Source: a virus (Duplodnaviria; Caudoviricetes). From it: a stretch of DNA of 64,000 nucleotides. Shown here one piece after another: positions 26,127 through 35,779 of the stretch. Both the position numbers and the translations under genes were made by a program. Position 1 is the stretch's first letter, and each line of letters begins with the position of its first letter. The notes under the pieces were generated by a model. The model did no database searches. It saw only the letters and a list, made by a program, of their open reading frames with translations, and was not told the DNA's origin. The stretch lies in the IMG/VR virus record IMGVR_UViG_3300042870_001240, one strand, 5' to 3'.

Positions 26127-29100
26127 TTACAACTTTTTCTTTATAAATTCCACAGTCCATTGTGTTAACTCACCGACAGTAGGAAGAGTATAGGCCAATT
26201 CTTTTGGTGTTTTTACTAAGAATCCTTCTGAGTTAGTTGCTAGTGGTTGTTCACCTAATCTTAAACCTTCATAGTATTCAACAGGAACACCTTTAAATTC
26301 TTCTATTGAAGTAATAGACCTTTCGTCTTTAATAAACTTCATATCCGCGATAGGGTAAAGATTATTTAATCTTCGTGAAGTAAGAATACCTTCTGCAAAT
26401 ATATTAAGATGACGGTTTGTTACTACGTTATAAATTTCTTCAACCTCGGTAGATTCTTCTTTACCTACTATTGTTACTATGTTTCCTTTATCATTAAATG
26501 TACGAGTTCCTATAGGGCTATGTTCGTTAGGTATGGCGTAAGTAAATTCTCCCTTATCTAAGTTAAAGATACGGTGACCTCCGTCATGATTTAAATGTCC
26601 GGATATTCCAAGTTTTGAACCATCACTAAAGAGAATATTTACGTATTGAGTAAGTACTGGAGTCATTATCCAAAGAGGGGTCGCAGAATCAAATCTTCCT
26701 TCATCAAAGTTCCACACTAAAAGAGAATCTTCATAAGATATATCTTCTATGTTCTTTTTAAGTCCGCTTGCTAGAGTTATTTTGGTTCCTTTAATAAAAC
26801 AAGGCATAGTAAAACTAACTTGAGCACCATACGATGTACCAACCGCATTAGTAGCATATATTCTTACATATACGGGAATATGTGGGTTCGGTATGATATA
26901 GGTGTGTATGAATTGTCCTAATGCGTCAGGATTACCTGAACCATCAGATACTATATTATTAGCAATAGTAGGATTTGGAGAAGTGCCCCAAACAATACCT
27001 CTTTGGGTTATTGTTGACCCTCCATTACTCACTATCGTTCCTGTTATTTGAGCACTACCATTACCTAAATTTGCATATCCATCAGTAGTAACTGTTGGTA
27101 ATGTTGCTAGAGTTGGTGTTGGTGTTGGTGTTGGAGTTAGAGTTGGAGTTGGAGTTGGAGTTGGAGTTGGTAACCCACAACTTTGACAATCAATATCGTA
27201 AGATATTTTTAAGTCAATTTTAACATCCACATCAATTAACGATACATTTGAATTACAGTTAGTGTCGATAGTTATTATGTTGTTTAAATAATCTAAAAGA
27301 ACTTCTCCAACACCTTCATAAGATAATAAAATTTCTTTAACCACATCGTAAAACAAACTATCTAAAGGATAGTCATTTAATGTTGTTCCCGTATAAAAAG
27401 GTTGAGTCTGAGTATTACCACTAACCGTCACTTCGGCATAAAATATTGTTTGTTGTAATAAACAATTAGTATCACCGCTAGTTAAATCGTAAAATCCTTC
27501 AGTTAACATTTGTTGAGGACCTTTTCTAACGGTTTGTCCCGTATTCATAAAATCTTCATCACAAATATTGAATGTTTGGTAAGTAGATATCACGTTGAAT
27601 CCATTAATTATAATGTCTCTTGTTTGAACACACCCATTATCATCAATAACGGTTAGAGTATATGTTCCTGCGGATAAAGAATTAATTGTTAATCCTGTTT
27701 GTCCATTAACATTTGAACTCCAATTTAAAATAAATGGAGGTTCTCCACTTGTAATAAAAGTATCGATAGTTCCATTAGTCCCATCCGTAGAGTCTCCTCC
27801 AACTAACACAAAATCAACTGTACTTGAGTTGTTTATCGTGAATGGTAGTATTTGCGCACAACCATTATTATCGGTAACTGTCGCAGTATAATTACCTGAA
27901 GGTAAATCAGTAAATGTGTAAGATAAATCACTTATAATTGTAAATTGTCCATCAATTTCATAATTATAAGGTCCCGTTCCTCCTGAAGTAATATTCAAAG
28001 TAACCGCACCATCACTTAAATTACAAGTTGTACCAGTGGTCTCAACCGATAACGTAAATAACTCAACATTATTAATGGTATAGGCATGTGTAAAAACGCA
28101 TGGCCCCATATCAGATATTGTTAGAGTATAATTACCCGAAGACAAACCATTAAATGTCCATGAAGTAAAACTACCTGTTATTACTGTTGAATTACCTAAC
28201 GAATCTGTTAAAGTATATGTATATGGTGCAGAACCTCCAAAAATGGTTACTTGTATTTTACCTGAAGTATTGTTACACGCCGAATTAGTTATATTGACCG
28301 AGGTCACCGAAAGTCCTCCTGGAGTTAATAATGATGTGGATGATGTAAAATTACATAACCCCGCATCAGTTACTTGTACACTAAACACACCTGAAGATAA
28401 TCCCGTAAAAGTATATGTTGTTGCAAAACTAACCGCAACTGTCCCATTAGAACCTGAATAATAATATGGAGCAGTTCCACCTGTTATTGTTATTGTCACT
28501 TCTCCATCGGCAGAAAAACAAGATGGACTTTCAACCGTGAAAGCACCCAATCCGACATTAGGAACTGTTGTTACAGTTACTCCACTACTTTGCACACATC
28601 CCGAACCATCGGTTACTGTGACAATATATGGTCCCGCGGTTAATCCTGTTATTGATTGAGTTGTTTGGCCACCTGGTGACCATAGATAAGTATAAGGTGG
28701 CGTTCCTGTTAATCCTGTTATATGTATAGAACCTGAATTAACCGCACAACCCGCATCATTTACGGTGTATAAACCAATTTCAAGTGGTAATGAATCTTTA
28801 ATAATACATGTCTCAGATTTACCTGTGCATCCACCACCGTCATTTGCCACCACATAATAAGTTCCTGCCGATAAACTTCCAAAACCATATGAAGAACTTA
28901 AAGTAATACCTGAAGTAATATACCCATCAGACATTTCATATAAATAAAAACTACCTGTTCCATATAAGTTAGATGTTGTTGCGGTAACAGAACCATTGTT
29001 TAATCCACATAAAGTATTTTGTTGACTCACAATACTAACACACGTTCCTGTTGAAATATAAACATTGACGGGTAAGACAGTATTTGCCGGTGAACAACTA

Positions 29101-29312
29101 TCAATAATCTTAAACGTATATGTTCCTCCTGATAACCCTGTTTCAGAGTAATTAACTATTCCAACCCCTAATGATGTAGTCCCCGTATAAGGGCTAATCC
29201 ACTGTATTGTATAGTCAGGAGCACTTCCCAAGATATCAAGACTAAACGCTCCTGATAAATCATTTAAACAGTCACCTGTTATGCTTATAGTATATGATAA
29301 AAGACACGACAT
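26127..29312 (-). CDS. SprB-repeat fibre-like virion protein with PT linker, FN3-like domain and C-terminal Hint domain
   Basis: Seven SprB-like repeats; (PT)n; GGSTITQRGIVWGTSPNPT...YVRIYATNAVGTSYG; P/CFIKGTKITLASG...IYNVVT..HLNIFAEGILTS. Confidence 0.8.
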   Translation of the reverse strand: MSCLLSYTISITGDCLNDLSGAFSLDILGSAPDYTIQWISPYTGTTSLGVGIVNYSETGLSGGTYTFKIIDSCSPANTVLPVNVYISTGTCVSIVSQQNTLCGLNNGSVTATTSNLYGTGSFYLYEMSDGYITSGITLSSSYGFGSLSAGTYYVVANDGGGCTGKSETCIIKDSLPLEIGLYTVNDAGCAVNSGSIHITGLTGTPPYTYLWSPGGQTTQSITGLTAGPYIVTVTDGSGCVQSSGVTVTTVPNVGLGAFTVESPSCFSADGEVTITITGGTAPYYYSGSNGTVAVSFATTYTFTGLSSGVFSVQVTDAGLCNFTSSTSLLTPGGLSVTSVNITNSACNNTSGKIQVTIFGGSAPYTYTLTDSLGNSTVITGSFTSWTFNGLSSGNYTLTISDMGPCVFTHAYTINNVELFTLSVETTGTTCNLSDGAVTLNITSGGTGPYNYEIDGQFTIISDLSYTFTDLPSGNYTATVTDNNGCAQILPFTINNSSTVDFVLVGGDSTDGTNGTIDTFITSGEPPFILNWSSNVNGQTGLTINSLSAGTYTLTVIDDNGCVQTRDIIINGFNVISTYQTFNICDEDFMNTGQTVRKGPQQMLTEGFYDLTSGDTNCLLQQTIFYAEVTVSGNTQTQPFYTGTTLNDYPLDSLFYDVVKEILLSYEGVGEVLLDYLNNIITIDTNCNSNVSLIDVDVKIDLKISYDIDCQSCGLPTPTPTPTPTLTPTPTPTPTLATLPTVTTDGYANLGNGSAQITGTIVSNGGSTITQRGIVWGTSPNPTIANNIVSDGSGNPDALGQFIHTYIIPNPHIPVYVRIYATNAVGTSYGAQVSFTMPCFIKGTKITLASGLKKNIEDISYEDSLLVWNFDEGRFDSATPLWIMTPVLTQYVNILFSDGSKLGISGHLNHDGGHRIFNLDKGEFTYAIPNEHSPIGTRTFNDKGNIVTIVGKEESTEVEEIYNVVTNRHLNIFAEGILTSRRLNNLYPIADMKFIKDERSITSIEEFKGVPVEYYEGLRLGEQPLATNSEGFLVKTPKELAYTLPTVGELTQWTVEFIKKKL
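27109..27170. repeat. hexamer microsatellite x10 encoding (PT)n
   Basis: agagtt (ggtgtt)3 ggagtt agagtt (ggagtt)4. Confidence 0.85.
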
Positions 29313-32300
29313 TAATTACATAAAATATTAAAGTTTATTCCGATATTCAATTTAAAATTGATACCTTGTTCTGACACCGTACACACTTGATTAGATAACA
29401 CTACGGTATCAGTAGTTGTTAAATAATAATCATAACCGTAATCTTTTAAACTCTCTAAAGCAATTAAAAGACCATCATTATACGTTGTTCCTGTTGGCAC
29501 ACTATAAATTGGGCTACTATATCCAATACCATTAAAGAATGGATATTTTACAACCGTTACATTATCAATTTGTAAATCAACAAACCATTCACTAGTCATT
29601 CCGTTAAAATCACAATCATTTAAATTATAACCATTTGCTGTTAAATAATTTGTCATTAATTGTCCTAAAACTCCGTTAAAAGTCGTTATAGTTGGATGAT
29701 TAGTCCATGGATAAATAGGACACTCAACAGTTTCTAATGGACAATCATGCGAGAATAAACCTGAAGTGATTGAGCATGGTTTACAAGGTATTTTTATTAA
29801 TTGGCACCCCTCTTGTCTTCTCCAAACAAATTTTTGTCTATGAAAGATTGAGTTTTCAAGTCTAACTCCGGTATTCCAAATTGTTGTTGCTGGAACCATT
29901 TGTTCAACTAATCGTATCCAATAATCACCCAAACCATTAACATATTCCATCATAGTTTTATACGTAAAATTATCGTTTGGAATTCCAATGGTCTCATTTG
30001 ATTGTAGGTATCTCCAAAAAATAGATTCTAAAGTAGGGTAACCACCTGTTTTACCATTAGACGAATATTGTCTATTTCTAACATTAATTGTATTTAACCA
30101 AAATGTTTGGGCAAATTCAAAGAAAGTTTTTCTTTTAGGTTGAGGGTTAATTTCGGTCCAATCCACCCCACCTCTACTTGGATAAGGACTATAAGGTTTT
30201 GGGTCACATGGTGTCGGTGGCACATAATTCAACCCTTCATTAGGTATTGGATAGTTATACTGTTGAGACATATACCATATATCGTAAGCAATTCCTTGAG
30301 CAGGATTTAAGAATAAATCCACATTTTTAACGTTTAATACTAATCTTTCATCTGAAACATAATACCTAGCGTTAAAGTTACCATCAAGATTTGTTCTAAT
30401 ACCAATCTCATTATTAACCCAACTTTTATTATTATCAATTGTCTCCCTTAATGTATACCCCAAATCCATAAACGGAAACTTACGATATCTATTCAAATAC
30501 TCTTGACCATACGAATACGGTAACAATACTGTTTGATAATTTGGGTTATTACCAACAAAAACACTATTTGTAAGGTCAATATTTTCAGGTGCCCTATGTT
30601 GAGGTGTTTGCTCAAACCATCCACTACCCATTTGAAAAAAATAACTCTCAGAGTTAATAGGGGTTGTTGGGTAACCATATTCATCCATAGGATATTCATC
30701 AAGGGTAATATTAACGTCTTGAATATCTCCAGTTGTTGTAAACCCTGTATAGGTTTGTCCAAAAATTGAGAATATGTTCCCCGCTTCTAAAATTGGGATT
30801 TGTTGCACATATGTTCCTCCTGATATTTGGGCAAATTGGGTATCAAATTGTGATAAATTAATTTTTTGGTCGGCAAGGTAAACATACTCATTAAATTCAA
30901 CTAATGCCTCAGGAGCACCAATTAATCTCATTAAAATTTCAATTGATTTTCTTGTTCCTTTTGATTTAAATAAAAACGCGGAATTTAAAATCAAGTTCCT
31001 ATAGTATTGGTAATTTAATTCATCAGGAGTCTGTTGTTGTGAAATACCTGGATAAACCGAAGCGTTATTATTTGTTGTTCCAAATACTGAGGTTAATAAT
31101 TCTGTTTCGGATATTGGTGAAATATTTATATTCCACCCAAGAGTTTGTGCAAGATTCTTAAGTAATTGTGATGGAATATCATTACCAACATTATAATTAA
31201 CCGAAGTCATATAAGATAATGCGGTGATGTATTTCTTAACATCGTCAAAACTTTTACCGTAAATTTGTAACACTTTTTCAACCTTTTGGTCAGGAGTATC
31301 AAATTCTTTAAACGCACCCGTAGTTAAAAATCTTGATACTAAATTTGTTCTATATAAATCAAAAGATTCACTAATATTATTTATCGTTGTGATATATGTT
31401 TCAAAAGATTTTGTTATAATATCAATATTCCATTCTCCATATAAAGGCCAAGAAATGTTTGTGTTTTGAATATAATAACTCCCGTCCTCAGCTTCTTTTG
31501 GCACTTTAAATGTTGCAGTATATTTTGGCGACACATTCCTATTTAATAAGAAATTTTCAACCTCATCTAAATTCTCATTGAATACTTTATTAACCTCCAA
31601 ATCGTTTGGTCGTATTACTAAATCATCATTGGTAAATGTCTTACCTGAAAATGGATTACCATAAACATATAACTTTAGTGTTCCACTTGTCAAACTTGTT
31701 GTCGGCACAATACCGACCACATTATAACCAACACCTTTATAGTAAAGTGAATATTTTAAATATTCTACTCTCATATCTCGTAAAGAAGATACTTGAATTT
31801 CTTTTAATTGTAAGTTTCTTGTCGAATTAACGGTAAAATCAATATCAAAAGGATTTCGTAATCTTGATAAGTCTAAATCAAAACTTGTCTCGTTGTTTGT
31901 TTTACTATATAAAATATTATTGGCCGTAGGTCCTGTAATATAATTTGTTCCCATAAAAGTCGATTCTAACGCTCCCGGGAAATAACTAATTATTGTGGTT
32001 ATAGATGCCGACATTCTTTTAACCATAGAACCATACATTGTAAAGTTCGTAACCTGTGTTAAATCAAAATTAGGATAAACCTTAAAATTATTTTCAACAA
32101 TAGTTTTTGATTGATTAATAGATTCAATTCCTAACGAATTTAAATTAATCGGTTCAGAAAAAGTCCCCGTATTAAAAGTTCTATTTGTTTTTTCATTTGT
32201 AGATGTAGTAAACTCAAAATTACCTTGTGTAAGACCTCCTCCCGCAACAAGTTGTAAACCAACTAAATTGTCAGAAAAAGTACCAGCTCCTGTTGCAGAC

Positions 32301-32332
32301 TGTGGTGGACAAGTATATTTTTTAATTGCCAT
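29312..32332 (-). CDS. baseplate wedge protein (T4 gp7 / P2 gpI-like motif)
   Basis: LLKNLAQTLGW...YYRNLILNSAFLFKSKGTRKSIEILMRLIG. Confidence 0.6.
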   Translation of the reverse strand: MAIKKYTCPPQSATGAGTFSDNLVGLQLVAGGGLTQGNFEFTTSTNEKTNRTFNTGTFSEPINLNSLGIESINQSKTIVENNFKVYPNFDLTQVTNFTMYGSMVKRMSASITTIISYFPGALESTFMGTNYITGPTANNILYSKTNNETSFDLDLSRLRNPFDIDFTVNSTRNLQLKEIQVSSLRDMRVEYLKYSLYYKGVGYNVVGIVPTTSLTSGTLKLYVYGNPFSGKTFTNDDLVIRPNDLEVNKVFNENLDEVENFLLNRNVSPKYTATFKVPKEAEDGSYYIQNTNISWPLYGEWNIDIITKSFETYITTINNISESFDLYRTNLVSRFLTTGAFKEFDTPDQKVEKVLQIYGKSFDDVKKYITALSYMTSVNYNVGNDIPSQLLKNLAQTLGWNINISPISETELLTSVFGTTNNNASVYPGISQQQTPDELNYQYYRNLILNSAFLFKSKGTRKSIEILMRLIGAPEALVEFNEYVYLADQKINLSQFDTQFAQISGGTYVQQIPILEAGNIFSIFGQTYTGFTTTGDIQDVNITLDEYPMDEYGYPTTPINSESYFFQMGSGWFEQTPQHRAPENIDLTNSVFVGNNPNYQTVLLPYSYGQEYLNRYRKFPFMDLGYTLRETIDNNKSWVNNEIGIRTNLDGNFNARYYVSDERLVLNVKNVDLFLNPAQGIAYDIWYMSQQYNYPIPNEGLNYVPPTPCDPKPYSPYPSRGGVDWTEINPQPKRKTFFEFAQTFWLNTINVRNRQYSSNGKTGGYPTLESIFWRYLQSNETIGIPNDNFTYKTMMEYVNGLGDYWIRLVEQMVPATTIWNTGVRLENSIFHRQKFVWRRQEGCQLIKIPCKPCSITSGLFSHDCPLETVECPIYPWTNHPTITTFNGVLGQLMTNYLTANGYNLNDCDFNGMTSEWFVDLQIDNVTVVKYPFFNGIGYSSPIYSVPTGTTYNDGLLIALESLKDYGYDYYLTTTDTVVLSNQVCTVSEQGINFKLNIGINFNILCN

Positions 32333-33240
32333 TACTGAGTTATGTTTGTAAAGTTTTTACTAAAATCAATATTATCATTCCTATCTTGTCTAACCTCATA
32401 TAACAACTCATTAAATTGATTTCTAATTTCATATAAATTGTATTGTTTGTAAATATTATTTTGACTGTCGTATAATGTGTAAATACCATCATCAATTGAC
32501 TTGGTCTGATTACCAAATAAAGCAATTGCCAATGTTGAGAAGTCATGTTCAGCAATTTCTATATCCAAAGTAATCGGATTAAAGAACGTATTTGTTATTG
32601 TTATCTCTTGGTCAGGTTGTCCTATATAAGGTATTGCGTTTGGCTTATTTGTTGGTGCCGATGATGGTGATAAAGTACAAAAAATTAAATTAGTATTATT
32701 ATCGGTATATCGGTATCTAATCGCCTTCTGTGAAGTATTTGTTAAATTTTGTACGATAGGTTCACAGAAAAAAGAAGACGTTATCAATCTAAAGAAATTA
32801 GGGATTTTTGTTCCATCTGAGTTTAAATACTCAATTCTAAAACCAATTAATCCTTGATTAATAAATTTATTTCTAAATTCAGTTGGTACTGAATTTAAAT
32901 CAATAACAATTCCTCTGACATTAGGTAATGCCGATAAAACACCGCAATCTAATATTGTAGTTCTAATTTGAGCGGGTCTAATTAATAAAGTGTAGATACC
33001 AATCTTATTAAATTGGTCAGCTGGTAATTTTAAATTATATAAACCCCCTAAAATCTCAACACCAGCGTTTCCTCCCGTACTCGCATTATTAAAGTAAGGT
33101 CTTAGGATAGACGGTGCGTCTAATTTAGTTAAAACAAAATTATCTGTATCATCCCTCGATGGGGTATAATTTAAGATTATCTCTACATCTTCTGGAGAGA
33201 CATCAGCTGGTCTTATTGTTCCGTAGGTTCCTGTTGCCAT
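32332..33240 (-). CDS. conserved-looking virion structural protein, 302 aa
   Basis: Coupled gene in the structural operon; beta-rich. Confidence 0.6.
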   Translation of the reverse strand: MATGTYGTIRPADVSPEDVEIILNYTPSRDDTDNFVLTKLDAPSILRPYFNNASTGGNAGVEILGGLYNLKLPADQFNKIGIYTLLIRPAQIRTTILDCGVLSALPNVRGIVIDLNSVPTEFRNKFINQGLIGFRIEYLNSDGTKIPNFFRLITSSFFCEPIVQNLTNTSQKAIRYRYTDNNTNLIFCTLSPSSAPTNKPNAIPYIGQPDQEITITNTFFNPITLDIEIAEHDFSTLAIALFGNQTKSIDDGIYTLYDSQNNIYKQYNLYEIRNQFNELLYEVRQDRNDNIDFSKNFTNITQ

Positions 33241-33762
33241 TTATATAATTATTTTATTTGACTTCTTTAAATTTTCTTCCGCCCATAATGGTCTTAAGTT
33301 TAAATAGTGGTTTAGTCCTTCAATTTCTTCTTTATTTTTACCAACACTAATTGGTATTATATGGTCAATATGCCATTCACCGTAATTATCCCAAGACATA
33401 TCATCAACAAACTGATTTTCAAGATGTTTCTTTAAATCAGTTATGGGTAAGCCAATACATTCTAATGTATTTTTTGTTTTACCCTTAATAATATTACATA
33501 TTCTTGCTCTTAAATTTCCAATTAATCTATAATTTATATCGTTAAACCGTCTTTCCTTCTGATAATCAGTATTATATGTCGGATTTTTTTTGCGATAATC
33601 TACTTGGTATTTATAAATCTTTTCTTTATTTTTTAAATCATATTCCTTTTTTAATATCGATTGGCATACTTTACAATACGAACGTTTACCCTGTTTACCT
33701 AATTTTTGATTATTAAACTCGGGTAAAGATTTTTCAATATTACATTTAGTACAAACTTTCAT
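33241..33762 (-). mobile_element. free-standing HNH (homing) endonuclease gene
   Basis: N-terminal CTKC...CKVC Zn finger; MSWDNYGEWHIDHIIP...LNHYLNLRPLWAEENLKKSN HNH motif. Confidence 0.8.
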
Positions 33763-33779
33763 AACAATAAATATCCTTT

Positions 33780-34967
33780 TTATATTTTTATCACATTAAA
33801 AAATTTATATCCGTATTTTTCGAGGTCACCAACATTATCAACTTCACCTAATCTTTCAAGTCTTTCTAACACTGAGTTTTTACCTCTTTCAATGAAAACG
33901 TTGGATTGTATTTCTGCTTCATCAATTACATTTAATAATACTTCATTTTTTGTTATTGCTGAACAAACCATCATGTCGGGTGTCATTCCTGAAGAATAAA
34001 CCGTAAACACAGTGGTTCCATCATTATAATCATAGTAGTTAATATCATTAATTGTATAGGCGGTGTATAGGTTATCTACCGATGGTCCAAAAAATGTCCC
34101 AACATTTCCTGAAGTTCCTGTTACCTGAACACCTATCTTATATTTTCCCGCAAACCTTGTTGGGTCGTACTTACTACCATATTGTTCAAGGTCACTTATC
34201 GTTGAATTGGTATATCCAGTAATTAAGAATGGGACAGTTGTGTAATTGTAACTTGATTGGTCATACACATCACAATTAGAATCACCCGTAAATAAATAAT
34301 CATACATCAATGAAGTCCCCGACCAACTACCTCCCGCGGGAGTAAAATAAGCCGTCCCATTAGGGTTAGTTGCAATAACATTTGTAAACGGTACCGTAAC
34401 ATCTTTTTTAATGACGTTATATCCCCAAGGACTCATTCCCGACATTGTAATAGTATATTCACCACTTGAAGCATAAGTATGGTTATAATAGTTGGGTGCC
34501 GTAATAGGAACCAATTGTGGTGGGGAACCATCCCCCCAATCAATCTGATAAGTTGCAAAGGCCAAATACTTTTTAAACTCGGTGTCTGAAGTATTATAAA
34601 AATAATATGTGTTCGGAGCATAGGTTGAGGCGGAAAATAAGAAATTAGTCATCGTATCTTTTTGTAACACCATTCCATCAAATACCGAATAATACCCAAT
34701 ATCGATTGTGGTTTCACTAAGAAATATTGGGATAGTCAAACCCGTCAATAATGAAGTTCCTCCCGTACCACCTGTTACTATTTGAGTCATTGCAGAATAT
34801 ACTCGAGTATAACCTGTGTATTGACTAGTCGTAGTCGTTGTTGTCACATCACAACAAGGGTCACCACTTATATTAAATTGTGATGTGCCAGCATCATAAG
34901 GTGCAAGAAATAAATCACCACTAATAACTTCGGGGGAAATTCGTATACTATAATATCTATCGTCCAT
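33780..34967 (-). CDS. virion structural protein with a PKD-like domain
   Basis: YQIDWGDGS...NHTYASSGEYTITMSG; TTTTTT linker. Confidence 0.6.
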   Translation of the reverse strand: MDDRYYSIRISPEVISGDLFLAPYDAGTSQFNISGDPCCDVTTTTTTSQYTGYTRVYSAMTQIVTGGTGGTSLLTGLTIPIFLSETTIDIGYYSVFDGMVLQKDTMTNFLFSASTYAPNTYYFYNTSDTEFKKYLAFATYQIDWGDGSPPQLVPITAPNYYNHTYASSGEYTITMSGMSPWGYNVIKKDVTVPFTNVIATNPNGTAYFTPAGGSWSGTSLMYDYLFTGDSNCDVYDQSSYNYTTVPFLITGYTNSTISDLEQYGSKYDPTRFAGKYKIGVQVTGTSGNVGTFFGPSVDNLYTAYTINDINYYDYNDGTTVFTVYSSGMTPDMMVCSAITKNEVLLNVIDEAEIQSNVFIERGKNSVLERLERLGEVDNVGDLEKYGYKFFNVIKI

Positions 34968-35779
34968 TATGGGTTAATATATTCATACCATTTTATTGGT
35001 GTTCCCGCACCTATACGGTTATCAAGGTAATCAAAAACCTGATAAGTTTTTGTAGTATAATCTAAAACTACTTTATTATAAAAATATCGACTACTTTCAA
35101 ATATAAATTTATCAGATAATACTGATTGTGGTTCATTCATCATCTTGACAAAAACACCAAGTCTACCATCAAAAAATTTAGCGGACATATAAAACGTATC
35201 AATATTTAAAAACGCCTCATTTTTTAACCAATAAATAAAAAACCCTTCTTTATCACCAACAAAATCTAAGGTGTATGACGGTTTTCTTATATTAACATTT
35301 GGTCTTAATGGTGAAATACTTGCACTTTCTGTCGCTCCTTGTTGCACAGGAATTATTATTGTAAAATAATTTGTTTGGCTTTGGGTGTCCTTCGTGTCAT
35401 AAAAATCAAGTTTAAAAAATGATTTAGTGAACGGTTTTTCATAATAATAAATTTGAGTGCTTGAAAAGCCTGAAGGGTTTGCATTTGGAAATAGATAACT
35501 ATTTACCCAATCAGTTGATACCGTTGACGCACTTACCGGAGTACTAGAATCATAGAAATAAAAATCATATTTAATTTCTGTCTTTTGATTCGAGATGTAT
35601 GGTGAATGACTAAATCTTAATATTTCAAAGTCTTTTGCCACCCCAATAATATCAACCAAAACTTCTTCTTCATAAAGTTCAATACTATCATCTCTACCAT
35701 AGAAATCCCACTTGATTTCGATAGGTAAATCAATTGACTTATCTCCTTTTGGTATGGTAAATAAAAATTTGTTACTCAC
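34967..35779 (-). CDS. putative virion structural protein, 270 aa
   Basis: Coupled gene in the baseplate cluster. Confidence 0.55.
   Translation of the reverse strand: MSNKFLFTIPKGDKSIDLPIEIKWDFYGRDDSIELYEEEVLVDIIGVAKDFEILRFSHSPYISNQKTEIKYDFYFYDSSTPVSASTVSTDWVNSYLFPNANPSGFSSTQIYYYEKPFTKSFFKLDFYDTKDTQSQTNYFTIIIPVQQGATESASISPLRPNVNIRKPSYTLDFVGDKEGFFIYWLKNEAFLNIDTFYMSAKFFDGRLGVFVKMMNEPQSVLSDKFIFESSRYFYNKVVLDYTTKTYQVFDYLDNRIGAGTPIKWYEYINP

Noticed and set aside
26127-26801. Hint domain as a canonical splicing intein
   Set aside because: It has no terminal His-Asn followed by Cys/Ser/Thr and no endonuclease insert, and it lies at the C-terminus of a fibre rather than in a conserved enzyme motif
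17493-29312. Diversity-generating retroelement acting on the fibre genes
   Set aside because: No reverse transcriptase and no TR/VR repeat pair with adenine-specific differences were seen in this window
33235-33785. Target-site duplication (ATATAA) flanking the HNH gene
   Set aside because: A 6-nt AT-only match is expected by chance in this composition
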